DNA from: Balanoglossus misakiensis
Taxonomy: Eukaryota; Animalia; Hemichordata
Reading direction: 5' to 3'
Length of the DNA: 64,000 nucleotides
NCBI GenBank assembly: GCA_040954595.2
Contig: CM082596.2
Location: 9,754,461 to 9,818,460 of the forward strand
This document shows, piece after piece, positions 10,868 to 23,353 of the stretch (positions are counted from its first letter, which is position 1; every line of letters starts with the position of its first letter). The translations under genes and the position numbers were made by a program. The notes beneath the pieces were generated by a model, which had not been told where the DNA came from, did not search any database, and worked only from the letters and a program-made list of their open reading frames with translations.

Positions 10868-13113
10868 TGTTCTCACACACAAAAAATAGAAAAAAAGTGG
10901 TCTCGAACCAAGATCAGTTGACACCTTCAGGTAAAAGGCTAGCCTTCCTGAAACCATTCGCCATCACGATGTGTACTCGAAAAAGTCGGAAATTTTCCGC
11001 ACTATATTGCAGCATTACTCCAATGATCTTATTTGCACCGCAGCGATGCATATACGAGTTCCCTGCACCGCAGCGGTGAGAATAAGAGTTTCCTACCCCG
11101 CAACGATCTGGCCGTTCTTTATTCACTCCTCGGCGACAAAAATGTTTTATTACGGCCTAAATAACGACTTTTTCGCTCCTTGGTTGGTCATGCGGACGGA
11201 AAAAAAGGGTTTTAGCGAGTTTATCTTTCTCTCTCCAGAACACTCCGTATTCAGACTTGCCCAAGTGAACCACGACAAAAATATGACCATGTTTCCCTGC
11301 ATGTTTCTTATACCCGACAGATAAAAAACGCAGCGTTGATATTGCAATGAATTGGCTTTATGAAAATGACGTAAATTACACTGATAATGTCGTTAAAAAT
11401 TTTCACACAAAAAAAGAAATAGAAAAAAAAGTGGTCTCGAACCAACATCAGTTGACACCTTCAGGTAAAAGGCTAGCCTTCCTGAACTATTCGACATCAC
11501 GATGTGTACTCGAAAAAGTCGGAAATTTTCCGCACTATATTGCAGCATAACTCCAATGATCTTATTTGCACCGCAGCGGTGCAAATACGAGTTACCTGCA
11601 CCGCAGCGGTGCGAAGAAGAGTTCCCTACCCCGCAACGATCTGACCGTTCTTTATTCACTCCTCGGGGACAAAAACGTTTTATTACGGCCTAAATAACGA
11701 CTTTTTCGCTCCTTGGTTGGTCATGCGGACGGAAAAAAAGGGTTTTAGCGAGTTTATCTTTCTCTCTCCAGAACACTCCGTATTCAGACTTGCCCAAGTG
11801 AACCACGACAAAAATATGACCATGTTTCCCTGCATGTTTCTTATACCCGACAGATAAAAAACGCAGCGTTGATATTGCAATGAATTGGCTTTATGAAAAT
11901 GACGTAAATTACACTGATAATGTCGTTAAAAATTTTCACACAAAAAAAGAAATAGAAAAAAAAGTGGTCTCGAACCAACATCAGTTGACACCTTCAGGTA
12001 AAAGGCTAGCCTTCCTGAACTATTCGACATCACGATGTGTACTCGAAAAAGTCGGAAATTTTCCGCACTATATTGCAGCATAACTCCAATGATCTTATTT
12101 GCACCGCAGCGGTGCAAATACGAGTTACCTGCACCGCAGCGGTGCGAAGAAGAGTTCCCTACCCCGCAACGATCTGACCGTTCTTTATTCACTCCTCGGG
12201 GACAAAAACGTTTTATTACGGCCTAAATAACGACTTTTTCGCTCTTTGGTTGGTCATGCGGACGGAAAGACACGGTTTTAGCGAGTTTATTTTTCTCTCT
12301 ACTGAGTACTCCGTATTCAGACTTGCCCAAGTGAACCGCGACAAAAAATGACCAAGTTTCCCTGCATGTTTCTTATACCCGACAGATAAAAAACGCAGCG
12401 TAGATATTGAAATGAATTGGGTTTATGAAAATGATAAAAATTACAACTGCAATGTCGTTAAAAGTTCTCTCAACAAAAAATAGAAAAAAAAGTGGTCTCG
12501 AACCAACATCAGTTGACTCGTTCAGGTAAAAAGGCTAGCCTTCCTCAACCCTTCGCCATCACGATGTGTACTCGAAAAAGTCGGAATTTTTCCGCACTAT
12601 ATTGCAGCATAACTCCAATGATCTTATTTGCACTGCAGCGGGCAATACGAGTTCCCTGCACCGCAGCGGTGCGGAGAAGAGTTCCCTACCCCGCAACGGT
12701 CTGACCGTTCTTTATTCACTCCTCGGGGACAAAAACGTTTTATTACGGCCTAAATAACGACGTTTTCGCTCCTTGGTTGGTCATGCGGACGGAAAGACAC
12801 GGTTTTAGCTAGTTTATCTTTCTCTCTGCTGAGCACTCCGTATTCAGACATGCCCAAGTGAACCGCGACAAAAAATGACCAAGTTTCCCTGCATGTTTCT
12901 TATACCCGACAGATAAAACACGCAGCGTAGATATTGAAATGAATTGGATTTATGAAAATGATAAAAATTACAATGGTAATGTCGTTAAAAGTTCTCAAAA
13001 AAAAAAAAGAAAAAAAATGGTCTCGAACCAACATCAGTTGACACCTTCAGGTAAAAGGTTAGCCTTCCTGAACCCTTCGCCATCACGATGTGTACTCGAA
13101 AAGTCGGAAATTT
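10868..13113. repeat. 533-bp tandem satellite, about 4.2 units
   Basis: Identical spurious ORFs are offset by 533 (11150/11683, 11347/11880, 11393/11926). Units carry GCACCGC-A-GCGGTGC palindromes. Confidence 0.93.
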
Positions 13114-14092
13114 CACCTCAGTCGATTACACCATTAATAAAAACGCCTAGATAATATTGCTCTCTGTGAAGTATTTAACAAAAGCAGGAAAAACAAATCC
13201 TGAGTTAATTATGTTTCTGTTGTTTTTACTAAATAATGAAAATAATAATTATTATTATTTCTTATATAGCGCATAACATAATGGACTAAAATCTCAATGC
13301 GCTTTACTACATGATGAAAAGTACACTACAAATACAAGCTAAAAAATTCGACATAAAAACGCTAACAAGGTATATAAAAGTTGTAAAAAGTGTAAAAGAA
13401 TTAGTGTATAAATGCTTTCATAAAAAGATGGGTTTTAAGTATAAGTGGTCTTAATTCTAAGTTTAAAATTGCTCAGCTAGAAAATCCACAATAAGCATTT
13501 TCATTTTAATATAATTCAGTTCCCGATAATGATGAACATTTCCTATATACACATCGTTTGAAGCCTCCAGAGCTGTCAAATTTCTCCCATTTTTTCCACA
13601 ATAAAATACTTCAAATATCATTTAAAATCCCCAGCATTAAGTCATATAACTTGTATTTGCATCAGTTTGTCTTCTATTGGAGACACTTACCACGTTAGCT
13701 GCAGTGTACTGTTTGTATGGAGGCTGATGAAATGGGTGCGGCTCACATTAAATATATAATGTGAATAATTTGCAAAATACAGCCATAATTGTGCGTCGAT
13801 GAGATGTTCATGTTTGCCTTATAGTATGTACCAATCTATTTAAAGTGGGATAATAAAGTAATGAACATAATGTAAACAGTGGCAGTTCTTGAGGCTTTTT
13901 GGGGAGCACTTTGTCATGATTGACAGTAAAACCAGCCAACAATAAATATTGGAAAGAGTGTATAGTTACCATGGACGCCCTGTTTTGACGTCACCATTAA
14001 TTAACTGTAAACAATTTCCATCCTGTTTGTTTACATGAGAGTAAAAATCTGGCCGAAAAAAAAATTAACACCAATTATTCATTTTGGCAAGA

Positions 14093-14243
14093 TTTTTCAC
14101 TCTGGTGTCTACAAGTGGGATGGAAGTTGTGTGTGGCGAATGTTGATTCACTATATGTCCACATGTAGAATAACATAATCCATGTCTTGTATCAAACATA
14201 ATTAATAGAAAAGGGCCGCGAGAGAGAGACTTTGTCCCTTTAA
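14093..14243. mobile_element. Terminal fragment of a TTAA-AGGGACAAAGTC MITE family (Kolobok-like); relatives at 23035-23315 and about 45815-45934
   Basis: gtcttgtatcaaacataattaat..gagagactttgtccctTTAA is shared by the three loci (reverse-complemented at 23035). Confidence 0.7.
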
Positions 14244-16474
14244 TGTTGTACAGCCGCATGTCCTGTCCGAGTCAAGAATGTTTGAAAGTACAGGTGCAGG
14301 CAAAATAACGATCAGCTATCAAACATTTCTCCTCAACAGTGTATGGCAGAGACAAAATTGGACATGTTTTATCATTGGTTAATTTAAATGTACACAGTCG
14401 ATAATCTTACAACTGAGCTGGAAGAGGCGGGGGGGGGGAAGACTGTAATATGTTTGGACCGCCAAGAATACCTAATCAATGTGGACGCACAGATGGCCAT
14501 TGGTATGATAATGAGTGTGCTGTAAAAAGAAAGCTCAAATTCTATTGGTTGAATATTTTTAGACTAGAAGCCTGTTGAATGTCAGATAGCAGAGGATCCC
14601 TGAATCAGTATAAAATTTGTAGTAGTTTGAAGTGTGTATTAGGGTCATTGACATTGTCTTGATTCACAATAGTAGAGATCGGTAGGCAGTTTATGTAAAT
14701 TGTAATGCAAAAGTTATTTATTATACTTGTAATGTGATTTCAGATAGGTATTAAAATAAAAGTATCATAATGTAATTATAATCCAGTTTTAATAATTCAA
14801 GAATTACCGGTTGTTATTTTAGTGCCAAATTTACATACATCAATCTGAGTGCTCAACTGCTCACCTGCGTCCCAGAAAGAAAATTTGGCAATGTGGCAAG
14901 CCATTCCCAACCTGAAGAGGGTTTTATACCAGGGTGGGGAAATATAGTTTCATGTTATGTTATTTGAAATTGACCAATATAATTTCCATCACTCCACTAT
15001 TAAAGCCACCAGATCCAAAAATAGTGTGTTAACACATTTCTTCCCAATCAGTGCGGCGTACGAACGCGTACAAAGGGTTGAAAATATGACTGGATGATAT
15101 GACAGGGGGGATGCAAACATTAAAGTTATAAATGGGGGAGTTCCGATCTGCATTTTCCCCACCTGTCTTGTTATTTGCTAATCCAAAATAAAAGCTATCA
15201 CATTTCCAATTAAGCACCTGCAAACAACTTAATCTGTGTGCCCCGTCCACAGATTAAGATGATAAAGTAAATTTCGGTTAGCGAGTACTGGGTATAACAA
15301 GAGGATCAAAGAGAGATGGATTGTTCTTTTTAACAGATTTGAGCAATGTAAACAAATCATATGGTTCTCTGACATTCACGATAAACATGCAGCACTATAG
15401 ACATTTGTGTTGCAAGATTTGAATGAAATTCATCTCCGCATGTGAAGGAAGGACAGACCGAAATTTGTACGCCCCACTGGAACATGGCGATCGGGACAAA
15501 CAAAACTATTGCAATTACCTCACAACCATCAACTACTGCCTTGGGCGGTATTTCGAATTCCGTTCCAGGAAAAACAACAACAACACATATGCGAAGTTAT
15601 AAGTGATAGCGAAAGAAAGTATGTACGTTTATTAAAATAACACTAATCATAATCAAATAATTCCGATCATATCCATCCATATTCCAAATATATTCAATCA
15701 ATTATCACATTTATATGGCATATTGTACAGACAAACAAAACACAATACAGCACAGGTATTACAGTAAGTCCAAAAAGATATCCTCCAGTAGTTGAATGTA
15801 CGCATGTGCACATAATAACTACCTAGGTCCATAGTGAATATGTCCTCTATACATTGGAAACCTACGATAATTAATACACCTGTGTCACATTTGTTCAAAA
15901 ATAAATGTAGTTACAATTCAATTCCAATACGGTTTAAATGCTGACCTTTTTATTTAGCTTAATCTTAATTATTAAATGTAATAAATCGACAGTGTTGCGC
16001 TTAATGTAAGAGAAACCTAACTAACAATCATAAATAATATTTTGCATTCGATCATTGAATCAATAACACGGATAAAGCTCAAAGCCAGAACAGTATTCTG
16101 TCATTTTTCAACTTCGGAGCAGGGTCTAGGTTTCTTACAAAACGCGAAATCCCGAGGATCAACACAATATGCACAGCCAGATATGCAGCGAAAAAGCCTA
16201 GGATTAGAACCATGAAAGTGTTGTCATTGTTACCGAGTTCGTCACCTGTCAAGAAAAAAAATTGATAGCAAAAAAGCTTAAAGTGCAGAATATGAGGCCT
16301 TGGGCTATAGGCGTGGACAGGATTCATTCGGGTTACTTGTGACGTGGGCAGGATCCATTCAGGTTACTTATGAAATACAGTATTATATATTTGCGAGCAT
16401 AACCATCTATATATTCAATAAAATCACTAGGCAAATATATTTTACCATTGACTGGTAAATGGCCAATCAAAAAC

Positions 16475-16485
16475 CACACACACAT

Positions 16486-16520
<35 letters not shown>

Positions 16521-16523
16521 CAC
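16475..16523. repeat. (CA)n microsatellite
   Basis: Read directly. Confidence 0.9.
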
Positions 16524-19500
16524 AACATCAGCAGCACAGCGTGGCCTAGCACAGACAACCATAAATGCAGCCAGAAGACAAAACCATGAAAGAAAGATGC
16601 ACGGACCTCTGGCAAAATAAAGAAGTGATATCATGCAGGTGTTTCAAAAATATTAAGGCCGCCCAGTCTCATTTTATATTATTTGATTGTGTTTTGTTTC
16701 TACAATTGTGATTGTGAAGCACAGTGGGCCTATACTTACAGCGGGGCACTTTCGAATAGCCATCGACAACACTAATGCTTGGGAAATGTTGGCACAGTGG
16801 ACCTTTACATGCAGTATGTTGAGAGAAGATGCTGGCGTCGATTGTATCTGTTGATATGGAGACAGAATCAGTGTGGTCTCCCTCAACGTCTGGTTCAGTC
16901 CCATCAATCAATTAATCAAGCAACAAAGTTTATATAGCGCCAAAATCCCCCCCCCCATGCACTACAGTTGTAGCCGTTATAGTAGGGTTTTCCTTCAAGA
17001 TGAAACCAGACACGCTCTCAGTGCCCTTGTAATCAGGGATGTCTGTCAGAACTTCGTTATCTGTCGTTTCGTATCGCTGCATTACGGTTAACTCTAACGA
17101 GGATTCTGTTTCAGTCATTCTAGTTTCAGATTTAGCATCAGCGCCAGTATCTTCTGTGACATCTGTTGACATTTTTGAATAACTGGTGTCAGTAACATCA
17201 GAGCTAACATGGTCTGTATACCCAGGTGTATTCGACACTGGTTCACCTGTAATGTAAAACCCACAAGATATAACTGGTTTAGGATAAGTGGTATTCAAAG
17301 AAGCGTTGGGTCACAAAAGGGCGCCATGATTACTTCGGGTTGTATTAGTGATTCATTGAAGCATGTTAGGTCCATATCTGACAAGAAACTGCCACGCTGA
17401 ATATTGCAATTTCTGGTAACATCATTCATTCAAACTGCAATAAATCGATGGTGCAGATCGGATACACCTCTTAGTAAAACGGGTTTCCCGTTTATTTTTG
17501 GAGGACGTTTACACTTATTTTGTCTGCCGGTAATGTGGATAATGTAACGTTCTCGCGACGAAGGTTTTATTAGACACGCAAGAGAGAACCAATACAAGAA
17601 GTGGCGATGCAGTTCTTTTCTGAGATGGCGACATTTCAGTACTTGCATGTCGCAACCGTTCGTGACTCAAGTTACATCTATTTAGAGTTCAACATATTAA
17701 CAAACATGGTACAATTATTACGCCACAACTTTGCAATACAATGAAACTGCACACATTAGAAACCCGACCAAAATCCTAAAAGGTCGCCATTCGTCTTTAC
17801 TTCATACAAAAAGTATTGCTTAACCAATTTGCATGGGAGTCTCTGGTTTACTGTTGAACGATTTGATAAAGTTTAACATATACACCTACCATATCGACAG
17901 ACAAATCTTCGATAAAGTAGACAATCATCCAAAATGTACAATTTTGTGGCTCTAAAAAATTACAATAAAAAATCGTTACTAATTCTGTTCAATACGATTA
18001 TCAGGAAAAATCATTAAAACATGTTATCAGCTGAATCTGAATTGTGTCACATTCCTTAGGCTTCATTAAAGGGCGACGAACGCCTTATGCGCATGAGCCA
18101 AACTAGAGACTCGGGCAGTATGCTGTTATAACAACAGACAAGATGGCGGAGACTAGTCTGTGTTGGAGATCAGGAACAGACAACAAATTGGATTAAACGA
18201 AGGGACAAATCTAAAGTCTCATATTCGGCGCCCATGCAATAAGAAAGGATGCGGATGCAGCCAACTATTTGAATGTGCCAAAGGCAAACTTTGCAGAACA
18301 TTTGGGTTGGACGTATTGTTTGTACATACGAAAGTACGCACATGCGCATAAGATGATCGTCGGCCTAAGCTACACATCCTTACTCAACTTGATGCACATA
18401 TGTGCTCTACTTATAGATGGAGACAACAGATCACGGACGCGCAGTCACTGTACATTTTCTAGTTAACATAGCAGTACACCTTATCTAGACGAAACTGTTT
18501 ACTGTGGATACATTGCGTTAGAGTGTCTAATTGTGATGGTGTTACATTCACCAATATTCTGCTAGGGAAACATGGTTTAGTGAAGACAAATAAATAATTA
18601 CAAATCCGCTCGAATACATGTTCTCCAAGGGCTACCGTATGGCTGGTGGTCCGCCCATGGTAAGTAAGTCAGTGGTGTCCCATCATAGTGCGTCCATTTA
18701 TCCTCTGTATGGAAATGCATACCATCTATCCACAATACTCTTTACAGAAAACCTTTATTGACGTAAAAAATAGAATTGATGTCAGGCCGGACAACTATGA
18801 CTTCTTGCTTGTGATAGGTTTAGTTTATAGTGGATGCAACAAAAAGTGGAATGGATAACCGTTTTTTTTTAGTAAAGCATGTTGCTTTTTACCTGTTTTC
18901 AAATTCCGTTTTCCTGAATTTCAAAATTAAATCCGCAACGAGTAAAAATTCGTTTGCGTTCTCGGGAAAGTTCACGTATACGGGCGTTCCGAAGGTTGCA
19001 ATACATAAACAAACTCGCCCTCGATCGACCTTCCGTACCACGTAGACAACATGACAGTGACACTTGCGGCATAATTTTTTTACGTATAGCTTCGTTGACA
19101 TGACTGCTTGGTACATGGTACACGGTATGTATGGTGAACGAATGTCAAATCCAGCATCATCATCGAGAGGTTTGCTTTACGTGCGTGAGCGAGCCATGTT
19201 AACTGCGCGTGATTCAAGAGCAGACGACATGTACCGACGCAGTAGGAAGAAAAAAATAAACAAATCGCCGTTCGAGGTCGGGTTTGGAAATTAATAAATA
19301 TCGCCGTATTTATTCTGTTTATGTTTGCATTTTTTTTTTACCCCTTAAAATGTTCGCATTGTTCGAAATCCTCCGTTATTCAGACGGAAATTGTACACGT
19401 CCACTGGTTCTTGGGCGCGTCGCGCGTCCATCGAATAACACGATACATTATAAGTAATAATGTATAGCTATGACGTCTCAAAATTCACTGGTATTGATAA

Positions 19501-20714
19501 AGCTATATTACATATATTACATATGGCCTGCCGTTTACGTTTACACCCCGTTTCTTCATCTGACACTTGCAGTATCCTGTTTGCGACATACTGATGCCGA
19601 CATCTGTGAAAGTCGCAGTCGTTGTGCTAGGTTACTTGCTGATATTTAGGACAGGTTTTTCAGGTTGTGTTGTAGGAATCTTTTCAATTATCTTGTTATG
19701 TCGTTATACAATGTATGTTCCTCTGGCATGGCGATGTATACATTTCTGGGTGCCACTAGTTGTATGACTAGTAAACAACATTGTCCAATGAAAGATGGGA
19801 GTGTGGTGTAACTAGCCTATAAAAAATTGTGATATCATCGTAGTGTGACCTGTCCACGAAACAACCAATATCGTTGCCTGATCTCGTTTCTTTAATTTTC
19901 GGATGGTGTTCTTATGGTGTTTTCGATGTTTTCGTCTAAAATGGGAGTATCATATGTAATAATAATGTAATAACAGAACCCGATGGCGAGATCGTGCTGC
20001 AACAGAATACACCACCAGCACTCGTTCAAATACCGCGCTTGATCCATCTGGTCGTGGGGTTCTGTCATATTAGCCGTTCTACATCAAAGGCCTCGCCAAT
20101 AGAGATCTCGTTGCAAATATAAATCGCACAACACGCAGGTCAGGTCAGACCCCTTTAAAATTAAAACAACATTACCATATTACACCACAATGTGCACCGT
20201 AATTGGTGTCTGTTCCAAACACCAAATCCATTACTGCGATACTTCTATCTATACTCGAACCGTCTGAGTGAACAAAGTGACCATTAGTCTCTCTATCATT
20301 GGCGTCGATCCAAACGAATTCTGTAAACCATTGCAAAGAGGAAAAGCATGTTGAACGTTGAGTAATACATGTAGATTTGTTTACTTTAAAAGTCATGTTG
20401 ATTATTACAACAATTATACTTCTGAGTGAGAAGACATCGTTCGTATGAACAAGCAGTAATGACAAAGTTGGGTACTCTATTACTCTTTACCGGAATGTGG
20501 TAGGACATCACCTCGCCAAACCAATAACGCTATAAAGCTGACAACTATATTCATGGTCTCTTGGTCGTAAAACCTCAACAGATGCCCACTGTCCTGCTCA
20601 CATGCTCTTTTTGCTTCCAGCCACGTTGTTTCATAGTTGGAAAGTTTCAACTCATTTTCGATCAGGGATATAAGCTCTTGGGCTGAAACACATGGCATTT
20701 ACAAACATGATTAA

Positions 20715-21314
20715 GATGGTTGGAAAGGCTATTTTTGAAGCAAAATCTCTCAATGTTTGTGAATTTATTTTCGCAAGTTAGAATAAAGATAATGACTTGA
20801 AATTTGCAGCATGTATTCTTAACAAACTAAAAAGTGAGGGAAAAATATGACTGTAAAAATATCTGCTAAAATTATGAAATTTGATACGCCTAAATATAAA
20901 TATTCATAATTTTACAAAATATTGATTGAATCTTGACATGTTTTCACAAATTATTGAATAATTTGTATTCATTTTAAAATGAAGCAACCCCTCCAGCAAT
21001 GTATGGGACACTTTCAGCAAAAACTTATTTTTTTCAAAGTTATCACTCAGGAAAATTTAAATGCCCTTGGCTAGGGGAACCCGTCCTTGTGCGCATAGCC
21101 TAGGAGAAGTCTTCCCCTAGAGGGCGCTCAAATAAGGCTCCCTAGCTTCCTTGCCAGATGTATGAAATTAGGTATCATAAAACCAGCCATATCTTGTTAC
21201 ACGTTTATTGCCCCGAATTTTTCATAAGTTTAATTTTTCTCTAATACATTTCTAGATATAAATTCAGTGTTTTTAAATGAAATTTTAACTGACGCCCTAG
21301 CCTTTCCAACTACC
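20715..21314. mobile_element. TTAA-flanked MITE (Kolobok-like) in intron 1 of the lectin-like gene
   Basis: TTAA-gatggttggaaaggcta ... tagcctttccaactacc-TTAA, imperfect 17-bp TIRs. Confidence 0.7.
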
Positions 21315-21983
21315 TTAAGATCTTGTGTTGGCAGTACAGTTCTAAATCTGAACTAGAATGTGCACGTTAATTTAAAAACGTGTATTGTCTACATTAACTT
21401 CAAGTATTTATAGTGTTGGCAACTGATGGTACATAGATTGAACGTATATTCTGACATTTAATAACAGAATTCAAAACTGTTATGATTTGTGATCATTGTC
21501 ACTTTCCTCGAAATGACATGTCTATGGCAAGATAATGAAGTTGTTAAACACTGCTACTCTTATACTGAGATTACCATCAGGAATACATTAAAGTGGAAAA
21601 CATGAAAATTGTCTACAATACCGTTCACTGTCACCTCGGTATGTGAGAAAATTACCACGGATACAATACTAAAGTAGCACAGCCATCGATGTAGTTGTCC
21701 CATTGTTGAGCGAATATAGTGACGTGTGTGACGTGGTATATCCACGCCTTTAAAACCGCTTCTCTCATGTGCGCACAAGATTATTCCATCATACAATAGG
21801 CGTCATGTTTTTTCGATCGACTTTATGTACAATTGCCTCTAGAGTACTACATGTGTTGAATTTAACCCTTTCAAGCCCAGAACCCTCTATAGATGTCCAA
21901 CCTTCCCATGGAAAACAACTGGTTTGGACTGGACTATAGTGGTGAAAGGGGTAAAAGAATAATCAACCTCTAATTTAAATAAT

Positions 21984-22482
21984 CCCATATATGGTAAACA
22001 ACGTGTGTCTAAGTCTTTTATTGATGTTTTTATTAGATATATTTTGGAAGAAGCATGCTTGTTTAATCGTCGGAAACCAAGAATGTAGTACTGAATTTAA
22101 AGGAATACAATACTTCTAATTTGTATATTCCCATATATAGACAAAGGGGTGTGTCCAAGTCTTTTATTGATGTTTTTATTAGATATATTTTGGAAGAAGC
22201 ATGCTTGTTTAATCGTCGGAAACCAAGAATGTAGTACTGAATTTAAAGGAATACAATACTTCTAATTTGTATATTCCCATATATAGACAAAGGGGTGTGT
22301 CCAAGTCTTTTATTGATGTTGTTATTAGATATATTTTGGAAGAAGCATGCTTGTTTAATCGTCGGAAACCAAGAATGTAGTACTGAATTTAAAGGAATAC
22401 AAAACTTCTAATTTGTATATTCCCATATATAGACAAAGGGGTGTGTCCAAGTCTTTTATTGATGTTGGCATTAGATATATCT
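21984..22482. repeat. 146-bp tandem repeat, about 3.4 copies
   Basis: gaatgtagtactgaatttaaagg occurs at 22081, 22227 and 22373. Confidence 0.93.
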
Positions 22483-23034
22483 TGGGAGACGTGTAAACTG
22501 CGGAAATGTCGAGCAAATCTCGTGACAATTGCAAGGGAGTGGATGGTTGTTAGTGAAGATACCAAACGCGAATGTGAGTTGTTCTGTGCACGCACCAGAT
22601 GGCTGATAGAATTCGCGTGCCGCACAGAAGAATAAAGCATCGAGTTTCGTAGCATGTTTACGCCATCAGCACATTGTATCGAATTCAGGTACGATGTAAC
22701 GTTATCCTATACCACAATATCCCACCTAAGGCATACATGCAAAATTACTTCTGCTGCGGCGAGAGGTCTCAGAGAGGGAAAGTCTCACTATACAATCCCA
22801 CGACAGTCAAAAGATAAAACTAAAAAAATTCGGTCTAAGTTTGGTACACTTTCTGTTCATTTTGTTTAAATGGGAGAGTTCCCGGAGACGAGGATGGTAA
22901 CTGTACTTGTATAGCAAACAGAGGTAGAAGTACAGTGAATTATTGTTGTATTTCAACAAGATTGTTTCTGTATATCACTCGGTTTGAAATCCCTACAGTG
23001 TTTGGATCTGACCATTTTCCGTTGATATGTAATC

Positions 23035-23315
23035 TTAAAGGGACAAAGTCCTCTCTCTTGCTGCCCTTTTCCATCAATTATGTTTGATACAAGATACCGT
23101 TTATGTTAATGTACATGTGAATATGTAGTGAATGGACGTTCAATCACACACAACTTCCATCCTGCTTGTATGATAAGAGAGTAGAACCTCACCCAACATG
23201 AATTGATGGTAGAGACCAATTATTTAAATTGGCGTGATTTTTCACTCTCGTATCTACAAGTGGGGTGGAAGTTGTCTGTGGTTGAGCGTTCATTCACTAC
23301 ATATACACATGTACT
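23035..23315. mobile_element. MITE with long imperfect inverted repeats (TTAA-AGGGACAAAGTC family), right end truncated
   Basis: About 23111-23187 is inverted relative to about 23240-23314, and the terminus is shared with the copies ending at 14243 and 45934. Confidence 0.65.
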
Positions 23316-23353
23316 TGGAGATAAATATTCTTAGCCTTATAGTTCAACCACAC

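Larger units (their letters stand above)
7542..11570. repeat. Tandem segmental duplication, copy 2 (carries the solo-LTR insertion)
   Basis: Starts ttcgaatcgacataac, as at 3897. The offset changes from 3645 to 4342 after the 697-bp insertion (6382 vs 10724). The right end merges into the satellite. Confidence 0.9.
16079..21703 (-). pseudogene. Type I membrane C-type-lectin-domain gene (signal peptide, CTLD, Cys-containing and Thr/Ser-rich stalk, TM), apparently disabled
   Basis: GT-AG exons: 21703-21622 (MGQLHRWLCYFSIVSVVIFS.., signal-like), 20682-20491 (TWLEAKRACEQDSGHL), 20320-20176 (VWIDANDRETNGHFVHSDGS..CGVI), 17951-17890 (DDCLLYRRFVCRY), 17677-16740 (long exon with stops and frameshifts), 16245-16079 (MVLILGFFAAYLAVHIVLILGI, then stop). 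Confidence 0.72.

Noticed and set aside
10864-13154. Repeated 60-120 aa ORFs in the 533-bp repeat
   Set aside because: Overlapping ORFs on both strands with no domain motifs; frames are not kept between diverged units.
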